Source of the DNA: Chiloscyllium plagiosum
Lineage: Eukaryota
Direction of reading: 5' to 3'
NCBI RefSeq assembly: GCF_004010195.1
Contig: NC_057718.1
Coordinates: 26,539,688-26,603,687, forward strand
DNA: 64,000 bases
Shown: piece after piece, positions 40,752 through 54,197 of the stretch
Layout: every line of letters starts with the position of its first letter
How positions within the stretch are numbered: the stretch's first letter is position 1
Notes under the pieces: model-generated
The model's input: only the letters and a program-made list of their open reading frames with translations
Databases searched by the model: none
What the model was told of the DNA's origin: nothing
Translations under genes and position numbers: made by a program

Positions 40752-41555
40752 GATCCTGATGTAATAAACACTTCCTTGCCTGTAGAATATGGGCCTCCAG
40801 CGGAAGAAGAAGGAAATGTTCCCGTGCGCCCAGATGATCCTGATGGACTAGCGCCTCTTTTAGTTTCACCAGCACAAGAAACCGAAAGCCAAGGAGCATC
40901 CACTGACCTCGCCCTGCCACCCCAACGTCCAACCAACCTCTGCCTTGGTGAACATCGGGTCAAATTTGTTCCCAACGATTCTGCCGTTGTACATACCGGA
41001 GGGCCAGCTGAGGATGGGTCTCATGTCAACAAGACGTACTCACAAATGAACAACTCTTCTGCTTTGCAACAAGGTAGGGGCTCCCGGAAAAAACCTACCA
41101 ACCTCTGGAACCCTACATACGGGTCATGGTTCACAGAAAAACCTATCGTGCAAAACAACAATACTTTGACTGACAACAGACCACCAGAAAGGGAAGATTC
41201 TGGTTTCCATGCCAGTAGCAGTTCTTCTACTACCATCCCAAATTCCAGGCCACAGGCCTCTGCTGTTGTATTAGAACCTTCTTCTCTTGTCGCCAATACA
41301 TTGGATGTGCCTCTATTCCGCCTGCAGCATTTTCCTTGTGGGAATGTGAGTTATGCATTCCAGCAGCAGCAGCAACAACAGGGATTGTCTCTGGAAGCTC
41401 CGTCTGTTTGTGCTACTCGTAAAGAAGATTACAACTCACACATTAGTAAAGGTTTACCTGCTCAGCAGGACCCACGTGTTCACCCGGTTGCCAATATACC
41501 CACTTGGGACTCAGGACTCTCTCTCGCAGAGGATGTAAATGTCACTATACTGTAA
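40752..41555 (+). CDS. ALK: ALK terminal coding exon (exon 29 equivalent), 267 aa C-terminal tail + stop
   Basis: cctag acceptor then DPDVINTSLPVEYGP; in frame with ORF 40776-41555; contains LWNPTYGSWF and LFRLQHFPCGNV, characteristic of the ALK tail; TAA at 41553-41555. Confidence 0.95.
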   Translation, partial: DPDVINTSLPVEYGPPAEEEGNVPVRPDDPDGLAPLLVSPAQETESQGASTDLALPPQRPTNLCLGEHRVKFVPNDSAVVHTGGPAEDGSHVNKTYSQMNNSSALQQGRGSRKKPTNLWNPTYGSWFTEKPIVQNNNTLTDNRPPEREDSGFHASSSSSTTIPNSRPQASAVVLEPSSLVANTLDVPLFRLQHFPCGNVSYAFQQQQQQQGLSLEAPSVCATRKEDYNSHISKGLPAQQDPRVHPVANIPTWDSGLSLAEDVNVTIL

Positions 41556-41853
41556 ATAAGCAAAACAAACAGGTGGTTCTACTTGAACAAGCGTCACACC
41601 AACCAAACTAAAAAGCAGCAGCAAGTACTGTTTGGCATACGGGACTAGAGCAGAATTTTTATTTTAAGCTGAAAATATGGTGAGAACCACATGTGAATGT
41701 GAGGTAAACTCAGTGCTGTTAATGCATGTGAAGATATCAGGCCCATGTACAGGTAATCCAGGGCTGAGGTCACAAATATACAAAAGCCACTGCAACACCA
41801 ACTGAGATAATTTAGAATTTTACAGTAACCTTTCAACCAAGATAGTGTTTTTG

Positions 41854-41859
41854 AGTAAA
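41854..41859 (+). promoter_or_regulatory. Candidate variant polyadenylation signal (AGTAAA) for ALK
   Basis: No AATAAA seen between the stop and ~44590; AGTAAA lies 300 bp after the stop and is followed by a GT/T-rich tract (tgtactttttttctggattgtg). Confidence 0.3.
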
Positions 41860-42114
41860 GATTCCACAACAGACAACGTGTACTGCATCAAGTTCTCCAC
41901 TTGTACTTTTTTTCTGGATTGTGCAGCGGTCTCTTAGTTGCCATGTCACTATGTCCCTTTGCTCACTAGCACAATCAAGATGCTCCAAGGTAAAGAGATG
42001 ATTACGTTTGAAAACTGAGGAGGATCGTTAGGATCTTAAAAGAACAATCTCGCATTTATACAACACTTTTCACAATCTCAGTATTTCAATGTGTCTCAAA
42101 GTACTTCCACTACT

Positions 42115-43080
42115 TTTTGTCATTTATATAAATGATTTGGATGTGAGCATAAGAGATATAGTTAGTAAGTTTGCAGATGACTCCAAAATTGGAGGTGTAA
42201 TGGACAGCGAAGGAGGTTACCTCATTACAACGGGATCTTGATCAGATGGGTCAATGGGCTGAGGAGTGGTAGATGAAGTTTAATTTAGATAAATGCAAGA
42301 TGCTGCATTTTAGGAAAGCAAATCTTAGCATGTCTTATACATTTAATGGTAAGGTCCTAGGGAGCGTTGCTGAACAAAGAGATCTTGGAGTGCAGGTTCA
42401 TAGCTCCTTGAAAGTGGAGTTGCAGGTAGATAGGATAGTGAAGAAAGTATTTGGTGTGCTTTCCTTTATTGGTCAGAGTATTGAGTACAGGGAGGTCATG
42501 TTGTGGCTGTACAGGACATTGGTTGGCCACTTTTGGAATATTGCGTGCAATTCTGGTCTCCTTCCTATTGGAACGATATTGTGAAACTTGAAAGGTGTCA
42601 GAATAGATTTACAAGGATGTTGCCAGGGTTGGAGGATCCAAGCTACAGGGAGAGGCTGAACAGGCTGGGGCTGTTTTCCCTGGATCGTCAGAGGCTGAGG
42701 GGTGACCTTGTAGAGGTTTATAAAATCATGAGGGGCATGGATAGGGTAAATAGACAAGGTCTTTTCCCTGGGTTGGGGGAGTCCAGAACTAGAGGACGTA
42801 GGTTTAGGGTGAGAGAGGAAAGATTATAAGAGAGACCTAAGGGGCAACCTTTTCACACAGTGGGTGGTACGGGTATGGAATGAGCTGCCAGAGGATGTGG
42901 TGGAAGCTTGTACAATTGCAACATTTAAAAGGCATCTGGATGGGTATATGAATAGGAAGGGTTTGGAGGGATATGGGCCAGGTGCTGGCAGGTGGGACTG
43001 GATTGGGTTGGGGTATCTGGTCGGCATGGACGGGTTGGACTGAAGGGTCTGTTTCCACGCTGTACATCTCTATGACTCTA
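42115..43080 (+). mobile_element. CR1/HER1 LINE 3' fragment
   Basis: KFADDSK, LEYCVQFWSP, WNELP; ctatgactcta tail. Confidence 0.93.
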
Positions 43081-43436
43081 CTTCATAGTCAATCAAATAA
43101 TTTTGCAAACAAGCCGCTGTCATAATGTAGCAGACTAATGTGAGAAGTTCTTTATACAAAATCAAAGAGAGAGCAAAGAAATTCAACACTTTCTAAATTA
43201 TGGTACAATCTCACACATCGCTTATCTCTGCTACTGATCGCACTTAAATGTAAGGATCAGTGAATGATAACTTAATCTGCACATAGGTACCAGGCACTCT
43301 CACATTGGTGACAGCTTTCAGGAGTACATCCGACCCCAAGGTGTGCTTACATAGGGTGGTGGGTGCCTGGCCTTGGATTGTGTTCCATTCCCCTCCAACT
43401 CACCAGGAAACCAGTAAATGACATCATCTCAGCTTC

Positions 43437-44215
43437 CATAAGACATAGGAGCGGAAGTAAGGCCATTCGGCCCATTGAGTCCACTCCGCCGTTCAATCAT
43501 GGCTGATGGGCATTTCAACTCCACTTACCTGCATTCTCCCCATAGCCCTTAATTCCTTGTGACATCAAGAATTTATTAATCTCTGCCTTGAAGACATTTA
43601 GCGTCCTGGCCTCCACTGCACTCCGCAGCAATGAATTCCACAGGCCCACCACTCTCTGGCTGAAGAAATGTCTCCGCATTTCTGTTCTGAATTTACCCCC
43701 TCTAGTTCTGAGGCTGTGTCCACGGGTCCTAGTCTCCTCGCCTAACGGAAACAATTTCCTAGCGTCCATCCTTTCCAAGCCATGTATTATCTTGTAAATT
43801 TCTATTAGATCTCCCCTTAATCTTCTAAACTCCAATGAATACAATCCCAGGATCCTCAGCTGTTCCTCATATGTTAGACCTACCATTCCAGGGATCATCC
43901 GTGTGAATCTCCGCTGGACACGCTCCAGTACCAGTATGTCCTTCCTGAGGTGTGGGGACCAAAACTGTACACAATAGTCCAAATGGGGCCTAACCAGAGG
44001 TTTATAAAGTCTCAGTAGCACAACGGTGCTTTTATATTCCAACCCTCTTGAGATAAATGACAACATTGCATTCGCTTTCTTAATCACGGACTCAACCTGC
44101 ATGTTTACCTTTAGAGAATCCTCGACTAGCGCTCCCAGATCCCTTTGTACTTTGGCTTTATGAATTTTCTCACCATTTAGAAAGTAGTCCATGCTTGTAT
44201 TCTTTTTTCCCTTTA
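43437..44215 (-). mobile_element. CR1 LINE 3' fragment, same subfamily as 2254-3277
   Basis: 237-aa ORF nearly identical to ORF 2342-2881 over the shared region. Confidence 0.93.
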
Positions 44216-44861
44216 TAAGTGGGCACATATTGGTTTAAATTAAAATTGATTTTAATCTTCAGGGTCTGTACCTCTTTTTGGCAGAGAACCCCAAGGTGGT
44301 CCCATAGATATCCCACAGGGAGTCCAGTATAATTACGCTGACTACAAATATTGATCTTCTTCAAGACTAAGTTTGTAACAACTGCCAATGTATGGAAGTC
44401 TCAACTTCAGCCTCAAACCATGACCTTCCAAACTTCATTGGTCTGAAAAGGGCAGCTGGACATCCTAGCTCTTACAAATTCAAATGGAAAATTTGACCGG
44501 TATCTGCTGCATCTAGATTCAAGCTTATATTCTGGACCTTCTGCAGATTCCCACCTGCTCACTCAAGTTTCCAATGGTGGTCCACTGGAAAAATAAAACA
44601 AAGCATTACAGTCACAGCCTCCAGGAAAGGTAAAAGCCATTTGGTAGTATCAAACATTCTTGTAGTTAGTCCATCATGTAAGATCTTATGAGACCATTCA
44701 TTCATCATTTCCATTCCAAAATCCATTTCTCTCCAGTTCCTGCTAAATTGGGAACTGTCTAACTTCTCTTTAAAGTCTTCAACAAGCAATATTCTCAACA
44801 AGTCAACAACTGTAAAATAAAGTATGTAGGCACAATGATTCCAGAAGCCAAAGTTAATGTA

Positions 44862-47156
44862 CAGTGAAATTAAAATGAGTTGAAGGGCAAGGGATGTACC
44901 CATAATGTTGTATAAAGTGGAGCTTTGAGATAGCTGAGGAGCCCCCTTTGCAACCCAATTTGCCTACAAATGCAGTGTATGGCAAAAGAAAATCAAAAAA
45001 AATTAAACACAATAAAGCACTAAATATGTAAAAAGTGTGTTTATTTTTCAGTTTGTCCATATCTTAAAAACTCTGCAATCTTTTTCTGCTTAACATTCCA
45101 ACTTTGGATGAGTGTGCTACAGTCTGTTGTGTTGTCAGTGTAGTCAGTCATGTTTTCTGTGTTTTTGTTCTGTAGTGTGAGATCTCAGGGCATCTCTACT
45201 GCCTTGAAACAGGTGAGTGAGCAGGCTGGCATTCATTGCATTCATCAGGGTCATTAGCTCCTATCTCCCCGGGCTCCATTGTTAAAGAACATTTTGCGTC
45301 TACAGTTCCAGTTGTTTAATGTACAGTATCATCTATCTCAGTGTCATTTTCCATAGCTGCTTCTGCTGGAATTTCTTCACCAGCCTTCTGAAGATGAGCC
45401 AAAAAAGCTTCAAGGATTGGGTGACTTCATCCTACACCTCTTCAACCTTGCTGTCTTGTGCAGTTGTAACCTGTTTAAATCCAGTGCGGTTCAACCTGTT
45501 GGCAATTGTTGCTTCCCGTACCATGGGCAGCACAATAGCCATGATTAGCACTTTTGCTTCAGCACACCAGGGACCAGGGTTCAATTCCAGCCTTGAATGA
45601 TTGTGTGGAGTTTGCACATTCTCACTGTGTCTGTGTGGATTTTCTCTGGGTGGTCTCGTTTCATCGCATGTGCAGGTTAGATGAATTGACCATGCTAAAT
45701 TGCCAAGTGTTAAGGGATGTGTAGGTTAGGTGCATTAGTCAGGGGTAAATGTAGAGTAATGGGGTAGGGGAATGGGTCTGGGTGGGTTACTCTTCAGAGG
45801 GTTGGTGTGGACTTGTTGGGCTAAATGACCTGTTTCTATACTGTTGGGATTCTGTTCTATTCCACACCCTCTCATGAACATTGGCCTCTGTAACATTAGG
45901 TGTATTCCTATTCCTTATCAATAGCCTTAATAATCCAAAAGGCCAACTGCTGGCAGTAGTGGGTTTCAGATGCCTAGTTACCTCTTGATCCATTGGCTGG
46001 AGCTTGGATATGGTTTTGGGAGGCAGGATTGTCAGCTCTCACTCTTGAGGTCAGTGATGCCAGGGTGTGGGATCAGTTGTCTGTAATAATGATAATCCTT
46101 CTTTTCTTCCATTGATACATATGGTCATTTTCCCTGATGCATGTCCAAAAGATGCTGGAGGTTTTCCAGGCAATTTTATTGCCTTGTACTGTGGTGATAG
46201 TGTCTTAACATTTGAAAAGCAATGCAATGTGGGTTCTTGGACCTTCCTATCACAGAAGGCAGTAGTTTTTCAGTACTATCCTGGGTGGCACAGACCTGTG
46301 CAGTAATATGTTCATTGCTCCAATTTCCAAAATTTCATGTTTTAAACATCAAAGTGTGACCTGGAAAAAAGATAGTACAACAGTCTGGTTGCATCCATGT
46401 TAAAAACGTCTCTTGGTGCACACTCGTTCAGGATGTAGTCTCCATTCTATGACCAATTCTCTGTCATTGCTGTCATAACTCCACAGTCTCACCGCACACT
46501 GTGCCTTCTCTTCAGTCAGTCCAGTCATCTATTCCTGCAGGTGAACTCCTTGGCTCAGCCTCTTTTCCAAGGCATTCCCCTTTCCTGCAGGATTGGACCA
46601 GAGTTGGGATCATTCTTTTGCTCAAGCCACGTCAGCTGAACCTTTTCAACGTCAGGACAGGCAGCTGTTCTCATCCTCTTCCCTTCTGTGGAGAACACCT
46701 GAACGTCAAAATGTTCCAAGGTCTCCACCTAGTGCTTCAAAATGGTTGGCAAACTCAATGGTGGAATTTCCCACCTCTTAGTGACATTCAACTTTTACTT
46801 TACTAACGTTTTCCACGCACTGGGTCAACTTAACTTTGTCTCCAAATGACAGCACTTTAACTTTCTCACAGGTTTAGCCACACTTTCAGGATCTGAACCT
46901 ACATCCACAGGAGATGTTGATGCCAAATGTTGGCTTGCACTAACCTCTGTGGTTCTGCTCTCTGGAGTGGCCTAATTCTGTTCTAATTACTTGGCACAAT
47001 TATTTGAGGAGCTTACTCAAGCCTAGCTAATCCTGAGTTGCCAATCTGAAAACCCTTTTTATCATAGCATCATTCTAGTGGATTTGCTATTCTGCCTGCA
47101 GGAACTGGTGGATACCTACAGTACGATTGGAATTTCAGATTGTCTGAATTTTATTG
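44862..47156 (-). mobile_element. Near-complete decayed Tigger/pogo DNA transposon (CENP-B/TIGD-like transposase pseudogene ~46890-45060)
   Basis: hand translation across frameshifts: KVLSFGDKVK, KRMRTAACPDVE, PRDVFNMDATRL, EKLLPSVIGRSKNPHC, KRRIIIITDN, PPKTISKLQPMDQEVTRHLK, TIANRLNRTGF, KQKKIAEFL; TA-flanked imperfect inverted ends. Confidence 0.88.
45525..45862 (+). mobile_element. HE1-type SINE nested in the Tigger transposase
   Basis: gggttcaattcc B box and CR1-like tail. Confidence 0.85.
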
Positions 47157-47424
47157 TAATGAGTAATTCTGAAGACTTAGATCATAAATAATGAACTGAC
47201 CAGAAAATACACTAATTGGTAACTACTTAAGTTGGTTTGGTTGTCTCAGCGAGTATACAGCTTTGATTCTGACGAGATAGTAATCCTAATATCTATAACA
47301 TATAAAATGTGACAATGTTCAATACTCCTGTATATATCTTTTTCCCACATTTAACAACTAAATTTCATCATGATGATTTCAGTTGTTCTGAATTCTTAAT
47401 ATTCTTTGCTATTTTGGAATAGCA

Positions 47425-47700
47425 TAGGTTTAGGGTGAGAGGGGAAAGATATTAAAGAGACCTACGGGGCAACTTTTTCACACAGAGGGTGGTACGTGTA
47501 TGGAATGAACTGCCAGAGGAAGTGGTGGAGGCTGGTACAATTGCAACATTTAAGAGGCATTTGGATGGGTATATGAATAGGAAGGATATGGGGCAGGTGT
47601 TGGCAAGTGGGACTAGATTGGATTGGGATATCTGGTCAGCATGGACGGGTTGGACTGAAGGGTCTGTTTCCATGCTGTACATCCCTATGACTCTATGACT
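47425..47700 (+). mobile_element. CR1/HER1 3' end
   Basis: very similar to 42800-43080. Confidence 0.9.
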
Positions 47701-50697
47701 GTACGCAGTTAGTATTTGAATGTTAAAGTGACTAAACATATAAACTTCATTATTCCTTTTTTGTTTGCAAATCTCCATGCTTCATTATGAAAATCTCAAC
47801 ACTTTGGACTAGTGTCAATTCCATTTCAACCCAGTGGGATGTCAGGGATATTTGCCCTGAAGCATCATACGTGAGAAGTATGTAGATGCACAGAATTATT
47901 CAGAATAATTCTCAAATTCTCTGAATAGAGTTTTTCCTGGTGTATTTTGAAAAATGTAATATTTAGAAGCATTTTATTTGCAACATGTTCAGGTTAAGTA
48001 TCCTTGATTGTTGCCTTTCCATGTCGATCCCAGTTCAAGTTTGATAAATTAATAACAGAAAATGCTTGAAATTTCAGGTGATATCTGTATAGGGAAACAG
48101 AGTTGTGTTCAAGTCAACAGCTGGGATAAGTTAGAAATATTAGTATATTTGGGGTTTACTGGTCTTCCATGGTACAATATTGTTAGAACATCATTAAGAA
48201 ACACTGTCCTCAACCTTAACTTGAAGAGTACTCCATCCTCTTTAAATATTGTAGGTCAGGCTCTGGAATCTGATTTACTATTTAAATGTAAGGATTGACA
48301 GAGGCTGCATTGGTGGCTTCCTTTGACAAGCAGAGTAAAAGGAGTCCATCAAGGTCAAGTTTTGTTTTCAAGTTACTTTTGCAATCAGGAGCAGTAAAAT
48401 CAGTGCTTTCCCTCCTCAAGTCCTTCTTGTGCCAATGACCACTTATGTCCATCCAGCACGACTGCTTTCATCCACCTATCTGTGATTCACCCAGGTTCAG
48501 GTGAGAGTCTAAACTTGCAGATTTAATTCCAGCTGCTTCAGTTTGTGAGGACATAGGTTACTGGCACTGGCATTGGGGATGGGTCATTCCCTACTCCATA
48601 TTCATTTACGTTTCTGAAGTTTTTTGTTCAGCAAAACAAAAAACAAAAAAACAAGGGGCCCACAAGCCAGAATTTTTTCCACAGATCAACCTCATAATTT
48701 TACCCTACTCCCCTCCCCACCAAGAAATACATCAGTGTGTTGACCTTATTGTAATGTCTGCTTCAATGCCTTTCCCCGATCTATTTTAGTAACATTTAAC
48801 AAGGAAGATGGAAATCTCACTACCAGCTTTACTGACATTTACAGCAGGTCTCCAAAGCAAAACATCTCTAGCGTGTTAGAACAAAAGATTGACTCGAGGG
48901 TGACTTTCACTAGGTTGTAACATGATAGCTGCTCTGCTACATATAAGCCTGAGCCAGATTCAGGTCATCTACAAATAATTTTAGCACAATTTTCTCTGTA
49001 ATCCCTGAAGTTAAATTTTATCTCACCTATTTATGTTTCTTCTTCATATTTAACTTGAAATAGCAAATGAGACTGGGAATCATGTGTTTGTATCTCAACA
49101 TCAACTGGTATTTGTATGGGGGGGGGTGTGGGCAGGAATGTCTGTGGAGAATAAGAATGTATATACACTGGTTATTGCTTCTTACAGTAATTGTTCTGAC
49201 TTTATGAAAACATTTGTCTACATATTATTGCACTCTAATCGTTAAGTAATTGTGTCAAGCACTTTGAGATATTTTGATGCTCTGTAAATGCAAATATTCC
49301 TTTGCTTAATTCAAGGAAAATCCTGTGTAAAGTCCTGTGAGAGAGTATTAAGTTCATTTAAAAAAAATGGATGTTATTTGACAGTCTGACCTTCAGCTGC
49401 CTCAGAGAGATCAATCTTTTAGTAACCAGGAAGCCAGCTTTTGACTTGCCAGTCGAAAAAGAATTGCAACTGACCAACAGAGACCAACAGGTTCACAAAG
49501 TTCATGTTCCACCTTGGGTGCAAGAACTACAAGCTCTAGGCAGCTAACAATCTCAAAGAAGGCACTGATATCGCTAAAGAAATATAAATGTCCATTATGT
49601 CTGTTTCCATACTGTTCAGAAATGTTGTGCCATGGTGAAACGGATTCTTTATTGGTTGATGCTGACTGCATGGTCACAAGCTTGAATACTCCATAACTTA
49701 GAACATGGTGGTGTTAATGTGCGACCTTTCTGCATAGGGGTCATCAGTTGCAACTCCTCCCTGGTGATCAGTTGGCATTGTAAAGTTACTATTAGATGCA
49801 TGGCCCTATGATTGTTTCATACCAAGCATAGTTATCAGTTACAATGAATAGGTTTTGAAGTCATGTATTTTAAAAGAGCTGGATGTTAAAATTAAAAATC
49901 AATAAAACCTAGAAATTACAATATTACTGTAAAATGCTCAGTACATTTGTATGACATTTATTTATCAACTAGTTCAATAGAGGTATTAGCCTGTACATTT
50001 TAAGAAAGTTGACACTTTTCATAAAATAGTAGCAGAAGTATCTTGCAGAGTGTGAGCATTGCAAATAGTATTTCCTATGCTTAAAAAATAAATAATTATC
50101 TCTTCATTTCCTGAGTGGGGAAAACAAACAAATAAATTTTAATTAAATATTTGGGACCAGCAACTTTAAGCAATAGTGTTATCCCATACAGTATCAATGT
50201 GTTGAGTACTTTTGCATACATTTAAATATTATGACATAAAATTGATAAATAATTCATTTAGTTCTTAACATTTTATTTATGGTGTGTGGCTCCTTCAAAA
50301 TTATGAAGGAGATAAAGATCTACTTATTGAAGATAAAATAATTTTCTTGCCACAACTTTAAGTTAGCCTTCACTTGGCAAGCTGCAGTTGTCATAATTTA
50401 TATCGAGTTGTGGGAAGTTTATCAACAGTTTTTATATCTAATTCGATATCAGCTTAAATACTGGACATGATTAGTTTCTGAAAGATGACGACAACTTATT
50501 GTCTCGTATATAATTCCTCAATATGAAAGGTTACACCTGAAATATTAGCATATTCTTCTGTCACATGATATGTCAAATAATCTTATTCTTCCAGAAAACA
50601 ACTCATGCATTTTCTCAGTAAACTCTGTACTCGGAGTCCAGGAGCTAAGGTCTCAGCCGTTATTTCTGATTACCTGCTGTGGACTTATAATATTTTT

Positions 50698-50890
50698 AGT
50701 ACCGCGAGGGATACATTCCAAGACCTACTAGAGAAACCCGAAACCACGGATAAGTGTGAACCCATTTAAATGGGAAAGGTACCATGCCAGCAGCCTCCTG
50801 GTCCCTGGTTCTAGAACATTCCCTATAATACTTTCAGGCCGCAGTAAACCACAGGTAACTGAAACTGCGGTAACTAGACCCATGGACACA
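50698..50890. mobile_element. MER8/Tigger2-like MITE, degenerate
   Basis: ccgcgagggatacattccaagacc...gaaaccacggata and ggtaactgaaactgcgg resemble the MER8 consensus as I recall it. Confidence 0.55.
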
Positions 50891-53800
50891 GATATAGTTT
50901 GGCTAATCATTTGATGTTTTTCACAGTCTTTGGAATGAGACGTTTAAAATATATTTAAAATATATTTGAAAGTATTGAGTTGAATGTGTTTTAAATATTG
51001 AAAAGGGAACCATGATACAACGAGAAATGGTATCAATGCTTTTGCTTTTCAGCTCACTAGAACAAATGAACAGATGCCAAATTTCAAACAAATGGAATGT
51101 GTAAATTGGAACTTTTTTGAATTACTCAGGAGCTTGGGAGCCTATTGTTCATGAACTGAAAACAACAAATTCTGGAGATCACAGCAGGTCAGACAGCATC
51201 CATGGAGAGAAAGCAAGCTAACATCCCACGTCTGGATGACTCTGATGAATATTTCTATCATTTCCATTGCCTTATAAATGTGCATAAAGCAAGAACAACA
51301 TATCAATGGGCAGCAGGTTACTAAATATTTCTAAGACAACAGTTATCTAATGACTGCCAGTGGAATGTGTGTGAACATCAGCTGAGGAAAGGATTGGGAT
51401 TCTGAGACTAAATAAACTTCTGATACTCATTGTTTGTGAGGTCTTGAGCTTGAAGCTCTGGGATTCTTAATGACAAAAGGTGTATTGTTAATGTGGCTAA
51501 ACAGGTTGATTATCAGCCTCTAAATCCTCCCAATATACCTGAGCAGTAGACTACCCCGGTGAGCTGTCCAGGAAAGACAATGGCAAAGCACTGCAGTACT
51601 TTAACCATACATGTGAACCAATCCAATGGAAGTCCATTGCTCCAAAATAAAGATGGGGGAAAAAAGACAGATAGGCTTGTTGTTTAAACTCACAAATGAA
51701 GAACATCTGTATGAATTATTTGTTGAGATCTCAATTTATTTCATGGCATAAGATTGAATATAGCCACTTAAGATGAAGCCCATCTGCAATCATAGTTAAA
51801 CAATGCCCACAGCTGAAACATTCTGGTGAAGGCAGCAGCTGGCACTAAAATAGGGAGCCAGCTCTACTTCAGCCAGCAACCAGATCCTGAATTAGCATTT
51901 CGTCCCCTGCCAAAGTATGGTGATGGCAGCCATTTCTGGAGCAGCCAGTGCAGGATGACGGCCATGTTGATGGCCTGGCACTTCCAGGGAATGCTGAATG
52001 TGATCTAAGAACACTGAGCCATGCAGGAAGGCTCCAAAGATGGGGGTCAGGAGACTGGCTGCTGAGATGAAGCAGCATCATTGCCATGGGGGCAGCTATC
52101 ATCATGGGGGAGTCCCTCTGTGGACGATGGAATATCCCAAAAGGAGTGTTTTAACTGGAGTTCCTACAGGCAGTGCAACTAACCCAACCTCTATCAAAAT
52201 GGCACAGTGGTGTGAAGACAATAGGTGTCCTCCTCTTCCTTCTCCTCCTGCCCCACCACCACAGCCCAAAGCACTGAAAAAATTCACAACCACATTTCTC
52301 CCAGTCCCTGATAACTAAGAAAAGGCTATGATATCTATTTCAAGTTACTGCACCCATATTGAAGTCATTTGTTATCAACAGTTATATTCTATGGTCTAAG
52401 CACCACCATGTCCCATGAACTATGTATGTCTACAGAAGGAAAGTAAATAGACTACCATGATGTTAATGATAGTGCTCCATTGAGATAGTCTTCCTCAGTG
52501 ACAGTGCAAATCAAAAATGTGGGCACACATACAGTAGTAGTGAGCAAGTAACTTATAAATATGATTCTATTAAATATGAAGACTGTACAAATACAATGAT
52601 AAAATGAGCTGGTCTATCACTACGATTCAGTTTCCTTTTGAAAAGACATAAGAACCTTCGTTTGGATTGACTTTTCATGTTCCACTGAATACATGTTAGC
52701 TCATAGATAATCACAATGACTGTAAAAATGTTTTTTTTTTAAATAATTGTCAATTAAACTTTATAGAAGAAAATGCATAAATCTGAGTTCAATCGCAACT
52801 ACATTTTTATATGTTCATCTGACTGTGAAATGAAACAGCTTCTTGATTCACATTAGACTTCAGCTTGCCAAGTATTTGCCTGGCGGCAGAAAATGCAGAA
52901 ACATTTGAGCATGATTGACAAATACTCACCTAAGTTTACAAGGAAACGCTATTGGTATGTATTGGTATCATGTACGATAAGTAACCGCATTCAACAGCAG
53001 ATGCACTTACTTTTATTTTATTTAATTATGAGATGGGCTTTAACCAGCATTTATCATCTATGCCTCATGGCCCTCAAACAGTTTCTTCAGTCACTGCAAT
53101 CCATGTAGATAACTCCACAGTCCTTATGGGAAGGGAATTCTGGGATATCAACAACGAAGGAATAGTGGTATGTTTCTGAGACAAAGTGTTGTGTTCCTTG
53201 GAATTTGTGATTGGTGACACTGCCATGTGTCTGTTCCTCTTGTTCTTCCAGGTGATAAAGATCACAAAGACCAAAGTTTGGAGATACTGTCGAAGAAGCC
53301 TTCGCAGGTTGATACAGGGGCACTTGTAGATGGTATTAAGGTGCTGGATAGGATGTTAGTCAAATGGCTTGTTTTATTTGTTATAATCAAATTTATTCAA
53401 TTAAATTCAAGTACACTTTTGAAAAGCAAAGATTTACAAACAAGTGTGATAATTTGTATTAAAATATTTAGACGCATACCCTATAAAAAGCTGAAGACAA
53501 TGCAATGTATAGAGAAAAAAAGAAAATTCAGTGAAATATGCAGGCAAAGCTTTAGAACATTTTGGCAACATTCAGGTTTCTAATTATTACAGATCCAATA
53601 CTGCATGGCAGGAAATTAGTTGTTCAAGCTGGCATCAGAATGGTTAGTGCTATTGATTTGTTATCATTAAACTGTGAAAGATCCTGATGCTTTTCCCTTA
53701 GATCTTAAAGTGATAGAGAAGCTTCCATGCAATAACTACAAAGGCAGTTACAATGCACTAAACCACCCAATAATTAGCATGTCAACTGATTTAAATGCAT

Positions 53801-54064
53801 CACATTTTTGACATTATAGAATAGGAAATTAACTACGGTGGTGGAACTTGTTGGAGACATTGAACAATTAATTGACATTTTCTCATGTCTATGTACCAAA
53901 CTAAACTGACCACATATCTATTTGGGAATAAAATCTTTAAATTCTTGCAGACCTATTGGATGTTATTTATCAGTAGCACTTAGGAAGAGACAGGTGTCAG
54001 TTTCTTTTACAGGTCACTCATTACCGTGATGTACATGTGAACGTAGCAACAAGTAATGGGAAAT

Positions 54065-54197
54065 TCTGAGGAAGAATCATTTGACCCAAAACATTAACAC
54101 TGATTTCTCTTCACAGATGCTGCCAGAATTACTGAGTTTTTTTCAGCACTTCTGCTTGTTTCTGATTTACAACATCTGCAGTTCTTTTAGTTTTTAT
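54065..54197 (+). mobile_element. Short PLE insertion with 12-bp TSD
   Basis: gtaatgggaaat at 54053 and 54198; begins ctgaggaag... Confidence 0.8.

Noticed and set aside
42040..43150. Ancient DeuSINE/SacSINE-like remnant split by CR1 (similar traces at ~21890 and ~54480)
   Set aside because: Too degenerate to support without a profile search
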